This document shows positions 38,701-50,258 of a DNA stretch of 64,000 bases, in pieces. The translations under genes were made by a program, and so were the position numbers. Within the stretch, counting starts at the first letter, position 1. Each line of letters opens with the position of its first letter. Below the pieces are notes generated by a model. It made no database searches. It saw only the letters and a list, made by a program, of their open reading frames with translations, and was not told the origin of the DNA. This DNA is from Ginglymostoma cirratum. Taxonomy: Eukaryota. Where the stretch lies: assembly GCA_024137785.1 (NCBI GenBank), contig JAHRHZ010000140.1, forward strand, positions 34,955,047 to 35,019,046, written 5' to 3'.

Positions 38701-39339
38701 CTATAATTGCATTGAGGGTGGTGTTTTTACACTGGTATTTGTTTAGTCTTGATTCAGGGAGTTTAGTGTCTGTGTGCCAAGCTAAATCTAGCTATTTTAT
38801 CATGGTGGCTGGTTGGATCATAGACCCAGTCTTTTTTTGTCAGTGTCATGCTTTGCTGCTGGGATCAAGAATCTGAATTTAGCACTTTTACAGCTTGACA
38901 GTTGCCAGATTCTGGTCTCCAAAATCCAAACCAATTGGAGGGTAAAGATTGATTTGGACCCACCATTACTGGGTCAAACAGCAAATTTTGAACATCACAG
39001 AAAGAAAAAAGATCTGTTGACTTTTGGGGTAATGAGGAAACAATATTTCAGAAGAAATGTACATTTGGGACAAATAGGTGGACACCTATTGAAAGCTAAA
39101 ATTAGTATAAAAGGGACAAATAATAACATAGAAAGAGATGACAGCATTTGAAAAGTTATCATACAGAGGTGTCATCCATGCATGTTAAAGTCTTTGGTGC
39201 AGATGGTTAGGCTGAAAAAAAGCGTTGCGACAAATATTCTGTGACTGACACAATAAAAGTGAAGACAGAAAATGGGGTCTAATTGTCCAATCATTGGATT
39301 ATGAATCAAATCCATGTTTGATACATAATAAAAAGTGGA

Positions 39340-39626
39340 GCAAAAACAGAAATTGCTGGAAAAGGTGATGCTGCTTGGCCTGCTGTGTTCATCCAGCTCC
39401 ACACCTTGTTATCTCGGATTCTCCAGCATCTGCAGTACCTATTATCTCTTGCTGGAAAAGCTCAGCAGGTTTGGCAGCATCTGTGGAGAGAAATCAGAGT
39501 TAGCGTTTTGGGTCGAGTGACCCTTCCTCAGAATGTTACTCAGAGGTTGCCAGACTTACTGAGTTTTTCCAGCAATTTCTGTTTTTGTTTCTGATTTACA
39601 GCATCCGCAGTTCTTTTGTTTTTTAT
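39340..39626. mobile_element. Fold-back Penelope-like terminal element containing a nested 84-bp PLE-terminal insert with a 12-bp TSD
   Basis: Inverted arms 'aaaaacagaaattgctggaaaa' and 'ttttccagcaatttctgttttt'. 'ttgctggaaaag' is duplicated at 39353-39364 and 39449-39460. Hammerhead-like motif on the minus strand at 39533-39497. Confidence 0.8.
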
Positions 39627-39929
39627 GTAATAAAGTGGAGGTTTGGTGTACAGGAGCTTATTGAGAACTCTACTTCCAACTCCAGGACACACCTTCCAAA
39701 TGATATAAGAGTATTGTGTAGATGATGCTATGGAGAACTTGAACTGTAAAGTGAAGATTTTTAGGACTGCAGAAATAAAGATCTTGCTTTGTGAAATGTA
39801 TTCTGAAACTTCAAGACCATCCACAAGTGCTATCAGAGCCTGCAAATGCCAGATCCTATCCATGTTGTTGAACTCACAATCCTTTGACAGTGCTGGCAAA
39901 TATGAAATATTTTCCTCCAGTTAGTACAC

Positions 39930-40500
39930 TTTTATTCATTTCTAGGATGTGAGCAGTGCTGGCAATACCAACATTTGTTGTCCATCCTAGTTATTCTTGA
40001 GAAAGTGGCAGTAAGCTATCTTCTTGATCCATTGCAGACCAGTAGTGCAGATACTTCTACAGTACTGTTAGAAAGGGAGTCCCAGGACTGTGAAGGAATG
40101 ACAATATCTTTCCAAGTCAGGATGGTGTTTGTCTTGGTGGAGACTGGCCGTAGGCCATATTTCTTTATACCTGCTGCCCTTATCCTTCTTAGTAGTTGAT
40201 GTCATGGGTTTAGTGGGTGCCATTATAAAAAAATTGTGTGGTACTGTGGTGCATATTGTAATTGGTTCCTACCACAGTTGGGGCACTAGTTATGAAGGAA
40301 ATTAATGTTTAAAATGTGGAGAGATGGCTTTAAAGTAGATAAATCTGTCCTGGATGGGGTCACATGTTTTGAGTTGGACTCATTCAGGCAAATGGAGAAT
40401 ATTCCAACATGGTCCTTACCTGTACCTTCTGTCATGTATATTATTTCTCCAAAGGACTTAGTGAAATGGCAGAATGTCATGTGGTAAAAAAATGTCACTT
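39930..40500 (-). mobile_element. LINE 3' end (same family as 35298-35710), degenerate
   Basis: Shared tail 'ttattcatttctaggatgtgagcagtgctggcaataccaacatttgttgtccatcc' and body. Confidence 0.65.
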
Positions 40501-40827
40501 GACCTGCACATTGTAAACCAAAACTTCATATAATATATTTTTCATTGTTCATCAAGACACACATTAGAAAGCATTATACCAGCTGAATTGCCCTGAGAAA
40601 TATAAATGTGATCTGTTTGTTCATGATGTAACTTTTGTTATTTAGCGTAACTTTACCCAAAGTGATCCAGCTTCAAGGGTAAATTCACCAATCCTGTGCT
40701 TCTGGCAGGAGTCACTCAAGATTTGTCTTTGTATCCTTGATTTAACGCAGTTTTGTTATTTTAAATTTAAAAACTTAAGCTAAAAGTATATAGAAAATGC
40801 AAATAAATTTCTCATCCCTCACTCTAG

Positions 40828-40912
40828 GATTACAGATCAACGATATGAGAAGGTACCACACTTCCTGTTTGGTGACTTCAACTTCAGGTTGGATTCTAAA
40901 GGTGTGATAGAG
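40828..40912 (+). CDS. INPP5A: INPP5A-like internal coding exon, 85 bp
   Basis: Acceptor 'ctcatccctcactctag|' and donor '|gtaggt'. AG|G = Arg, then ITDQRYEKVPHFLFGDFNFRLDSKGVIE, which contains the catalytic GDFNFR motif. In frame with the previous exon across a 33.6-kb intron. Confidence 0.95.
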
Positions 40913-41198
40913 GTAGGTGTTATTAATGGACAGAAATTCTACCAGATTCCAGTTCCACCAACATTACAGTTTTTATTCTCTAGTTTCACAACGTTCTCAA
41001 GAATTGGGTTGGGTTTCCAAAAAGGGCAAAACAAAAGTTGAAGTTGAAATGTTAGAGCCAGGAAACATCATATAAAAATTCTTGAGGGGAGATTGGGAAT
41101 TTGAACTCCCTTGGAGCATAATTATCTCAGTTAACCACATTACAGAGGTATCATTGAAATAAACAATTTCCGCATGGCTGTTCATCACTGCGCATTTT

Positions 41199-41609
41199 GC
41201 TGGAGTTCAGATGAATGATGGGGAATCTCATAGAGACATATAAAATTCTACCAGGACTGGACAGGGTAGATGCAGGGAGGATGTTCCCAATGGTGGGTCT
41301 GTCCAGAACCAGGGTCACAGTATGAGAATTTGGGGTAGGTGACTTAGAATGACGATGAGGAGATATTTCTTCACCCAAAGAGCGGAATTCATTACCACAG
41401 GAAGTGGTTGGTGCCAAAACATTGAATGTATGCAAGAGGTAACTTGATCTCGCACTTGGGGAGAATAGGATCAAAGGTTATGGGGAGAAAGCAGGATTAG
41501 GCTGTTGAGTTGGACAATCATCCATGATCGTGAAGAATGACAGAGCAGTCTCGGAGAGCCGAAGGCCCTCCTCCTGCTCCGATCTTCTATGTTTCTATGA
41601 TTCTATGTT
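41199..41609 (+). mobile_element. CR1 3' fragment
   Basis: 'ctcatagagacatataaaattct...ggactggacagggtagatgcagggaggatgttccc', with tail 'ttctatgtttctatgattctatg'. Confidence 0.88.
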
Positions 41610-41894
41610 TAAGTGAAGTGACCATTGACACAATCAGCTCTTGTTTTACAGAGAGAAAATTGTTAGCATTTTTCAAATCATAACAAATGAGGAATCAGCA
41701 GGTTATCTAATTCCCTTCCCACTTTGTTCCAGTTTGTAGACAATGGAATTATGTCATTAGGAAGTTTGTACCACTGGTGGGGGCACTGAACCCTTCTATA
41801 TGTGTGTGCAGTATAATTGATCATTTACAGATAATTTGGGTGTAAAAGAAGATAAATTAAAGAAGAACAAATGGAGTTAAATAAAAGAGAAATT

Positions 41895-42275
41895 GCATGA
41901 TAGGGTAAATAGCCAAGGTCTTTTCCCCACGGTAGGGGAGTCCAAAACAAGCGGGCATAGGCTTAAGACGAGAGGGGAAAGATTTAAAAGGTACCTAGGA
42001 GGCAATTTTTTCACAGAGGGAGTGGTCCATGTCTGGAAGGAGCTTCCAGAGGAGATAGTGGAGGTTGGTACAATTACAACATTTAAAAGGCATCTGGGCG
42101 GGTATGTGAATCGGAAGAGTTTAGAGGGATATGGACCAAATGCTGGCAAATGGGACTAGATTCATTTAGATAACATGATCGGCCTTGGAGGGCCAGGTAG
42201 TGTTGAGGAAGCATGGAAGCTGCAGAAGGACTTGGACAGGCTAAGAGAGCGGTCAAAGAAGTGGCAGATGAACAT
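41895..42275 (+). mobile_element. CR1 3' fragment followed by a short CR1 RT piece
   Basis: ORF 41893..42159 GLFPTVGESKTSGHRLKTRGERFK...WKELPEE, then LQKDLDRL..KKWQM at 42218-42270. Confidence 0.88.
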
Positions 42276-42484
42276 AGAACGTAGAACATAACGGAGGGAG
42301 TCTAGGTCAGCCCACAGCAAAACCCCAAAACAAAGCCAAACCTCTGCCAAATCACAGTCCATCATAAAATTAAATTATTTTTATTTCTGCAGCATCAATC
42401 TGCAGTTCAAAATAAGGCAGGAGAGGACTTTTAGAAATAAGTGCAAGGATTCTAAATACACTCCTTGTTAAACAGTTAGAAACT

Positions 42485-42644
42485 AGAAATAAAAACAGAA
42501 ATTACCAGGAAAACCTCCAAATGAGGGTCACTAGATTGAAACATCAACGTTAGTTTATCTCCAGAGATGCTGCCAGAGCTGCTGAGTTTTTCCAGCAATT
42601 TATGTTTCTGTTTCTGATTTCTATTATCCACAGTTCTTTCTTTT
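42485..42644 (+). mobile_element. Fold-back Penelope-like terminal fragment
   Basis: Left arm 'aaaaacagaaattaccaggaaaa' is inverted relative to 'tttttccagcaatttatgtttct'. Truncated motif gggtc-actag-att-GAAACATC-aac. Confidence 0.7.
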
Positions 42645-42825
42645 CATTACTAGAAATGATTTTGTCCCGCAAAACTGATTCTACTGAAGTCTTTTATCAG
42701 CTGGTTCAGTTCAAATTAAGTGAAAGCCGATGTACGCTGCATGTTTTATATCAGTGTATAAACTGTTTCAATTTTGCATGAAGTTTACGAACCTTCATTT
42801 GCTTTTGTGGCTTATCATGACCCCA

Positions 42826-43545
42826 ACAATGACAACAACTTATATTTCTGTAGTGCTGTTCATGCAATAAAATGTTGTAAGGCACTTCACACCAGCATTG
42901 TAAGACGACAGTGGCAATAAACCACATAAAGAGATGTTAGATGAAATATAGAGAGGCTTGGTCAAAGAGGTATGTTTAACAAGTGTCTTAAAAGAGGGAT
43001 ATGAATTGGAGGAGAGTATGGAAGAGATCCAAACTTGTGGTCTAGGCACCTGAAGGCATCGCCACTGATGGTGGATCAATTGTAATTGAAGATGCACATG
43101 ACCTCAGAAGTAGAGGAGTGCAGGGATCTTGAAAAGTTGTGGACTTGGAGAAGGTGACAACTGTAGGAGGGGCAAGGCCATGGAATGATTTGAAAAGGTG
43201 GATGAGAATTATAAATGAAAGACATTGCTTGATTGGGAGCCAGCACCAGTCAACCAGCACATCCCTGTTAAGGAAACAAGACTTTAGCGAGCTAGGTCAC
43301 AGCAACAGAGTTTTGCATCTCCTGAAGTTTACAGGACATAGAATTTGGGAGCCCAGCTAGGAGGTTCATTAAAATAGCTGGGGCCAGAGACTATGTAGGC
43401 AATACATAAGAGTTTCAACAGCTGATGAGCTGAGACAGGGCCAAAGTTAAGCAATGTTACCGAGATGTAAACAAAAGGAGTCTTAGTGATGGTGCGAAAA
43501 TGAGGTTGGTAGCTCATCTTGGCTTCAAGTGGGCACTAAGGCTCA
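42826..43545 (-). mobile_element. L2-clade LINE 3' end
   Basis: ORF 43042..43260 WLPIKQCLSFIILIHLFKSFHGLAPP (the L2 LHWLP..FK..GLAP motif), with a (caa)n-type tail. Confidence 0.8.
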
Positions 43546-44339
43546 GATTTTCATTCCTGGAACAGATATACAGAGGTGAGAACATTCCCAGATAACCTGA
43601 TCTTTATAAATGTGTCAGACCTTAGGTCAGAGGGTGTTGGGTTATGGTGAAGTAGAGGTTAGGCAGGTAAAGGCAGAAGAACTGAGGAGACTGCCGAGAG
43701 CAGAGGTGGGGTTGGGTGGAAAGCCTGCCTCAGGAATCTGCCATCTGTCCAGGTGATAAAACATGAAATATCCCTCCAGCCCTCAACCTCGCACTGTCTA
43801 TGACCCATCCATGGCTCACGTTCTCCCTGTCCCTCATGCCCCCATTCCAACATAAATGGCTGCACACTCTCCCATGACTTCTCTGACATTCCTTATGAAC
43901 CTATAGTCCCTTTGTTAACATAATACCAATGCCTTTCCGACCTATTCCCTCCACCTACCATCCTTTGCCCTTATACCTACTATGAAAATTCACTTAGTAC
44001 TTACCATGGGCAGATCTCAGGACTCATGCTGAGATTAGATACAATAAAGTATCTATTACAGACTTCACTACATTGAAAAAAATACATTTATTCATGATCA
44101 CCAATTTATTGCATTTACAATCAGTCATTCGGTTATAAAATTGAGTATTGCTGGGAAATGCCAAATTTTGTCAAAACTTTTTATCTTTTGCTCATTAGCA
44201 CAATTTGCAAACAATACCGAAATAAAGGGAAAGCAGCATTTAACTGTATGAAGAACAAATGTGAATTGGTTGTAAGTGGACTCAATTCGTAGCAGCATTG
44301 CCATTTAAAAAATGCACAAGTTAATGATGATTTACTGTT

Positions 44340-45005
44340 AACTGCCAAGCTCTGTTTAAGTTGACTCTAACTGGTCAGGGCATTACCCTGAGAAATGAAT
44401 CAGAGGATGGCTGTCAGCTATTATGTTGAGTTGAAAGAAGTACAGTGGGTGTATTTGTTCTTTCAATCTGCAAAGAGTGGCATCCTATTTATTAATCTCT
44501 GTAATTTACTGAACATACACATATACCACATTGTCACTAATTGACAATCCCAAATCCCACAGTGATTATCAGCTCTGTTTTTTCTTGCCCACACAGGATT
44601 ATTTAGCAAATGTTGGTCCATCATAAAATCACATCTAATGTTGGACATTGTGTGAGTTTTGCAAATGCAGACTGGTTGGATGTGGCCACTACCTTGCTGT
44701 TGAGAACAGATGTGATTTCATGACTGAACAACATTTGCTAAATAATCCTGACTTTACAAAATGATATGCTGATAACTGATTTAGGATTGTCAATCTGTAC
44801 GCGCAGTGTGAGACATGTGCATGTACCAGAAGCTAATATAATAATACACAGGGCTCTGTATTTTGCAGCAGAAAGAAAAACATGCCTGTTTCAACTCATT
44901 AAAATAGGTGACAGCCATTATCTGGTTTATTTCACTGGGTAATGCCCTGACCAATCTATTAGCCTATCTGGTTTAAAATTTAAACAAAGCTTAATAGCAG
45001 GACAA
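44340..45005. repeat. Long imperfect inverted repeat (arms about 300 bp, loop about 70 bp)
   Basis: 'caggattatttagcaaatgttggtccatcataaaatcacatct' pairs with the reverse complement of 44708-44750. Outer matches 'ggtcagggcattaccc', 'atggctgtca' and 'ttgacaatcc' recur inverted. Confidence 0.88.
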
Positions 45006-46249
45006 GCTTTGACAAGTGCAAATTGCACTTAGACCTTAACCTCAAGGTAATAGTTTCACACCTATGCTACAGTTATAATGTCAATACACCCTAAATGTAA
45101 ACAAAGACCAGAAATAACTTTGATGCCCAATATTAGAAACTGTCTGGAAATGTCAGCCCAGGTTATAATTATTGCCTTATTGCCTGCTATGCCATACCTC
45201 TGAATATGTCCAGTTCCTTGATTGACTGAAGTGAACTGATGCAAGTGGAAGATCTGTGAATAAGTGTTAATTGTCATGGTAAAATAAATGTCCCAGAAGT
45301 AAGAGAAACTGCTTTTGAGGTTTTAAGAAGACACTTGCAATTGGAAAGGTGTCTTTTTTTTTGTCTGTTCAAGACTTCTGCTCACGAGGAGCTCTCTCCT
45401 TCTTTCCTTTAGAGGTTATTGAGATTAAATTGTTTTACTATAATTATCTCCACCATCGAATTCGGGCAGAATTAATGTTTTCAGCACGGTTTGTTAATCT
45501 ATTTATCTATCAAATATATATTTCAATAGCTGAATTTCAATTGAATTTGATATACAGAGTAGCTGATTGTAAGGAAAAAAAAGAAAAACTAATTCATTAT
45601 TAGCAAACATGCAAATCCAAATCCTGGATTTTTTGTCAAAAGTTACATTTCCTTTGGCATATAGAGAAAATTGACCCTTTTTTTTAGAAAAATGGATGTT
45701 ATGGATTGTTTTACTTTATAACATTGTTACATGCTTTGAAATGTTGTGACTTTTTCAATATGCTATTGTGGAATTTCTCACAGCTGTCAAATGCGAGCAG
45801 AGTTTTCAGAACAGGTTGTTGGATGTGATTTGCTTGAAGCTTTTTCAGTGAGAAGAAAGCTCTTATTAAAAGGTTTATTTTAAGATTTGTAGTTTTGGAG
45901 CATGAACCAACGAGAAAATAAAGTCTCAAGAAAGAGCTGCTTAATTCCAATGTTAGCACAGAATGACAGAGTTATGCACTCACTGAGTGTCCACTTTACT
46001 GGTTTTACTTTGATTTGTAATACAAATCACAATCAATTAGGAATCAATATTGACAGTAATACCAACTAAATTACCTTACCTTCCTTTTCTGCATTTTCCT
46101 TTTTTTCAAACCCATCAGTGAATAAGATGATCACACACAAGGTAGGCATACCCAAGTGAGCTCATTTATCTCTGCCAAATTTAATACTTGTTCCAGCCTC
46201 TTTGAACAACAGTATACTGCCTCAGGAATCTTTCCTGATCAGCACTTTT

Positions 46250-46582
46250 TTTTTATTCATTCACGGGATGAGGGCGTCGCTGGTTAGGCCAGCATTTATT
46301 GCTCAACCCTAATTGCCCAGAGGCCATTTAAGAGTCAACCACATTTCAGTGAGTCACGTGTAATCCAGATGACGTAAGAATGGCAGTTTCTTTCCTTAAA
46401 GGATGTTAGTGAACCAGATCATTTTTCTGACAGTCGACAATGGATTTATGGTCATTATTAGACTTGGAATTCCAATTTTTTTAAAATTTGAATTCAAATT
46501 CTACCATCAAGACATGGTGGGATTTGAACCTGAGTCCAGAGAACATTGCCCGGGTCTCTGGGTCAATAGACCAGTGATGATA
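46250..46582 (-). mobile_element. tRNA-derived SINE, second family
   Basis: Reverse complement of the 20033 element: 'aggccagcatttattgc', 'agagtcaaccaca', 'tccttaaaggatgttagtgaaccagat', B box 'ggatttgaacc'. Confidence 0.82.
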
Positions 46583-49329
46583 CCACTAGACCATCTCCTT
46601 CCCTAAATTCCAAATAATAAGTAATCATAATACAGATAATGAAGAAGAAAACCCTTTTTTGTTTAAGAAAAATGTGCGATGCAACCCAGCTGCTGACAGA
46701 ACTGCCCACCTGAAAATCTCTGGAAAACTGCTTAGTCTGCAAGCAAAGTTTGAAAATCCATTGGCTGCATTTCTAAGGAACCATGGCCTGCATGATTCAG
46801 GGGCATTTCAGTTAGTAATTTAATATTAGCCTCGTTCAATTTCAACTGCATGAGAATTAGATTTACTTCCCCTTGTCCTTTCCTGGCAATGAATAGATAC
46901 TGAGCTCATTATTTCAAATAACCATTTTTTCAGAATAGATTTGAATGGACTTCTGATGTGAGTCTAACTTTAGTCTGCTAATTTTGGAGCTCAAATTCCA
47001 TGGGCAGAATATGTATTTTACAGTTACTTTTTTGTAATCTTTTGGCTTTATTTGTCTCCTCCTTTGGGGGTGCTTCCATATTAATCAAGCTTTGGAATGA
47101 TATTCCACCCATTAATTACTAATTGGATTATGTAATCAGATGTTAATGATGCTACAATATGGAGTCCTGTTCTGTAATTTTAAAATGTCTTTGCAGAATG
47201 TATTGCTGTATCTGGAGTTAAAGTGTCTTTGGCATGTGATAATTTATTGGCAAGTTAAATCATTGTAGTTTTCGGAGTTCTACCACAGTAATGTAATATT
47301 GATAGTGAATATCCAAATATTGTCAGTTTTGTTCCAATTTGATAAATATTGTACTGTTTTCTCATGGGTCAATTTTGCTATGAGCATTTCCATTTGGATG
47401 TAAGAAAAACTGGTCCTTATTTTCCATTCCAATTGGCAGAACATTTCAGAGGCAGAAAATACACATATGATGCGTGTAATGTAGAAGCGACATGAAATAT
47501 AGAGCAGAACAGTTGTGTTGAATTAATTTTGAAAGAGACTACAAAAGTAATTCAAGCACAAACGGTGCTGTACCTCAACTTTACATCCATTCTCTGAGAC
47601 TAAATAAATACATTTTGTTGCTAGGCCTCTCTTGAGATTTTTTCCAACAAATAAGAGCCCTGAAAATCTATGAGTGCATGCCCACCATAATCTGGAGATT
47701 TGTTTGCCATTTTGTATGAGTTCAGGCTGGACCTACCCATGTGTATTAAGAGACTGGTCTCATTCGTCTCACTTGGTATACCAGCTTCACAGATTATAGC
47801 CAATCCTGGATGATCTAAGGAAATCTCTTGTCCAAATTTCAAAACCTCTCCCCTCACTAGCACTGATTATCTTGAGGCAGTCTTTAAAGGCATGCTAGAA
47901 ACAGCAGAAACACAGTGCAAGGTGTAATTTTTTTGGTAGGTTCCATCAGTTCTTTCATTGCAAAGTTAGAGTTTCCCTTTTCTTTTCCCATTTTCCTGGA
48001 ATTCTATTGACTACTTGCCTTCCAACCCTCTGCCCCACACTCCCTTCATTAATTTCCTGACATGTTTATCCTCAAAGTCTTCAACCTTCCCAGACAAATT
48101 GGAAAGTAAAGGCAAACTCTTCATTTTAATGACTGGATGAGCCTTGACTATCAGAGCTACTGATGACACTTCTAAGATTAATGAAGAAACAGTACAGAGA
48201 AAATGAAAAAAGTCTTTATTTTAACATTCCTTGATTTTCTTTTCCCCTTGGCATTACTAGAGATTAATCTTTATTTCCTACAGGAGACTCCTAGCAGGTT
48301 GACAACCCTTCTTAAGACAGGTGGGGGCAGAAACTGCATGGAAATCTGGGGCCAGGACGTGCAAATGGTCCTTTGAGGCCGGCTCAAACTCATTTTATTA
48401 CATTTTATTTATTACTTTGGAGCAAATCTGTTCAGGGTTTTAAAGGGCCAAGCTTTGCTTCCTTTGTTTTCTTGTTACTTTAAAGAACTGAAGAGCAAAT
48501 ATCACTTCAATGCCTTGTTGCCCTGAACAGCTAATCAGTATCAATTGCTGGAGCCACTGCACACTTGTAATTGGTGCTTCTTTGTCGCCACTGAGATAAT
48601 GCAGATTTCAAGCTCATTATTCATGTAATCACAGTCATCACAGCTGTGTTTATTCTGAAACTGCATTGTTACCACTGATGTTTATGCCCATTATAGTGCA
48701 GGCTAGAATGGGGATACAATTCATTTAAAAAGTCAGAAGGAGAAAATGCTGTCCTGAAAGAAACCAAATCTTACACAGAGAACAAAAGGGAAATACAGGA
48801 CAATCCCACCATAAAAGAGGAAGTTTTCTAATGAGCGTGGGAGGGTGTACACATCAGCTGGCAAAAAGAGTCTGAGAATTTTACAGCAACTTTAGTTAAA
48901 GTCACCTGTAGTTTTACTTCAGGGGTAAATGTAGCAGACATTTATGATTTGGGACCCAAATGAAATAGTGTTTGAGAATGTTTAACATTCCTATATTGCA
49001 ACCCATGTCATTGAGATTAAGTGACGAGAAGCTACATGTGGCTTGGATGATGCATGACCCTGAGGAAACTGCTTTAAATCTGATGAACAGTTACCAAAAT
49101 GTAATATGTTTAAATCCAGAACGTTTTTGAGTCGTGCCAGTTCCCAATTGGACTTTTAGATGGAGCTCTCATGGTGACATTGCCAATTATTTTGAGGGAG
49201 GAAGAATGGAGATGGGTGAATGTGAAAAATTATTTACCGTGAAGCAATCCTGCAGATGACTAATGTAAGTTGGCATCATAATAGCCAGGGAGAGAGCCAC
49301 CCGACTTCTCTGACAAAATCTGGGCATAT

Positions 49330-49572
49330 AAAGAAATATGTAGCACCTTTCACATATCTCTGGACATTCCAAAATGTGGAGTACTTTCAAAATGTAGTCA
49401 CGTTGGAATGTAGTAAACAAAACAGCCGATTTTCGAACAACAAGCTCAAAGAAACAGCAATATGCTAATATCTAAATAATCTATGTTTCATGTTGTTGAT
49501 TGAGAAGTAAATATTGACTAGGCCACTGGGGACAATGGGGAGAATTCTTCTGCTTTTCTTGAAAGAATGTCA
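49330..49572 (-). mobile_element. Deu-SINE 3' fragment
   Basis: 'tgttgttgattgagaagtaaatattgactagg...ttcttctgcttttcttgaaa' matches the reverse complement of the Deu core. Confidence 0.7.
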
Positions 49573-49719
49573 ACTGAGACTTGTGTGTTGAGTTGCTAGA
49601 CTGAGTCTTGAACTCATAGCCTTCTGACACTTTGAGACTTGAGTGTCACCAGCTGGACCATGGAAGGAGGAAAGGAGATAGGGACGACAACAGAAACTCA
49701 ATTTGTTGTGAAATAGCCA

Positions 49720-49990
49720 TGATGTAGGTACTGTAGCTTTGTGACTTAGTACTGAACCAATAGATCGGAGGTCACAAACTGTAATCCCACCATTGCAAGC
49801 CATTATATTGCATTTAATAAAGCTGGCAAGCAGGAAGCAGATAATGATAGAAAACTGTTCTATTTGGTGTCTTTTAAGGAAGAAAGCTTCCTATCCCTAA
49901 TTGTTCTGGCCTAACATTGTGGGACGGAGTCATATATGTGGCTGACTCTTAAATGTCCTCAGAGTAACTAGAGCTGGACAGTGAAGGCTA
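49720..49990 (+). mobile_element. Degenerate copy of the second SINE family
   Basis: 'gtcttttaaggaagaaagc...tctggcctaac...tgtggctgactcttaaatgtcctc'. Confidence 0.55.
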
Positions 49991-50258
49991 TGACATTGTG
50001 TTTTTTTTAAATAAACAAATTATGGAACAGAATATTGCAGAAAAGGTAGGCAAAATTTAACCCAGGTGGAGGGGTTCTAACTTCTGAGCTGAAAACTGGT
50101 GGCACTACCCTGACCCTAGCTCCATGGCTCTAACAAAGTAAAATGCCTAATTAGCAACTGGAACCTTGATGCCCAAGGTCCCAGCTTCACCAGTGCCATT
50201 GTACTATCTAGTGAGCAGTGGATATTCCACCCACAGGAAAATCTGCTTCACTAATCTG

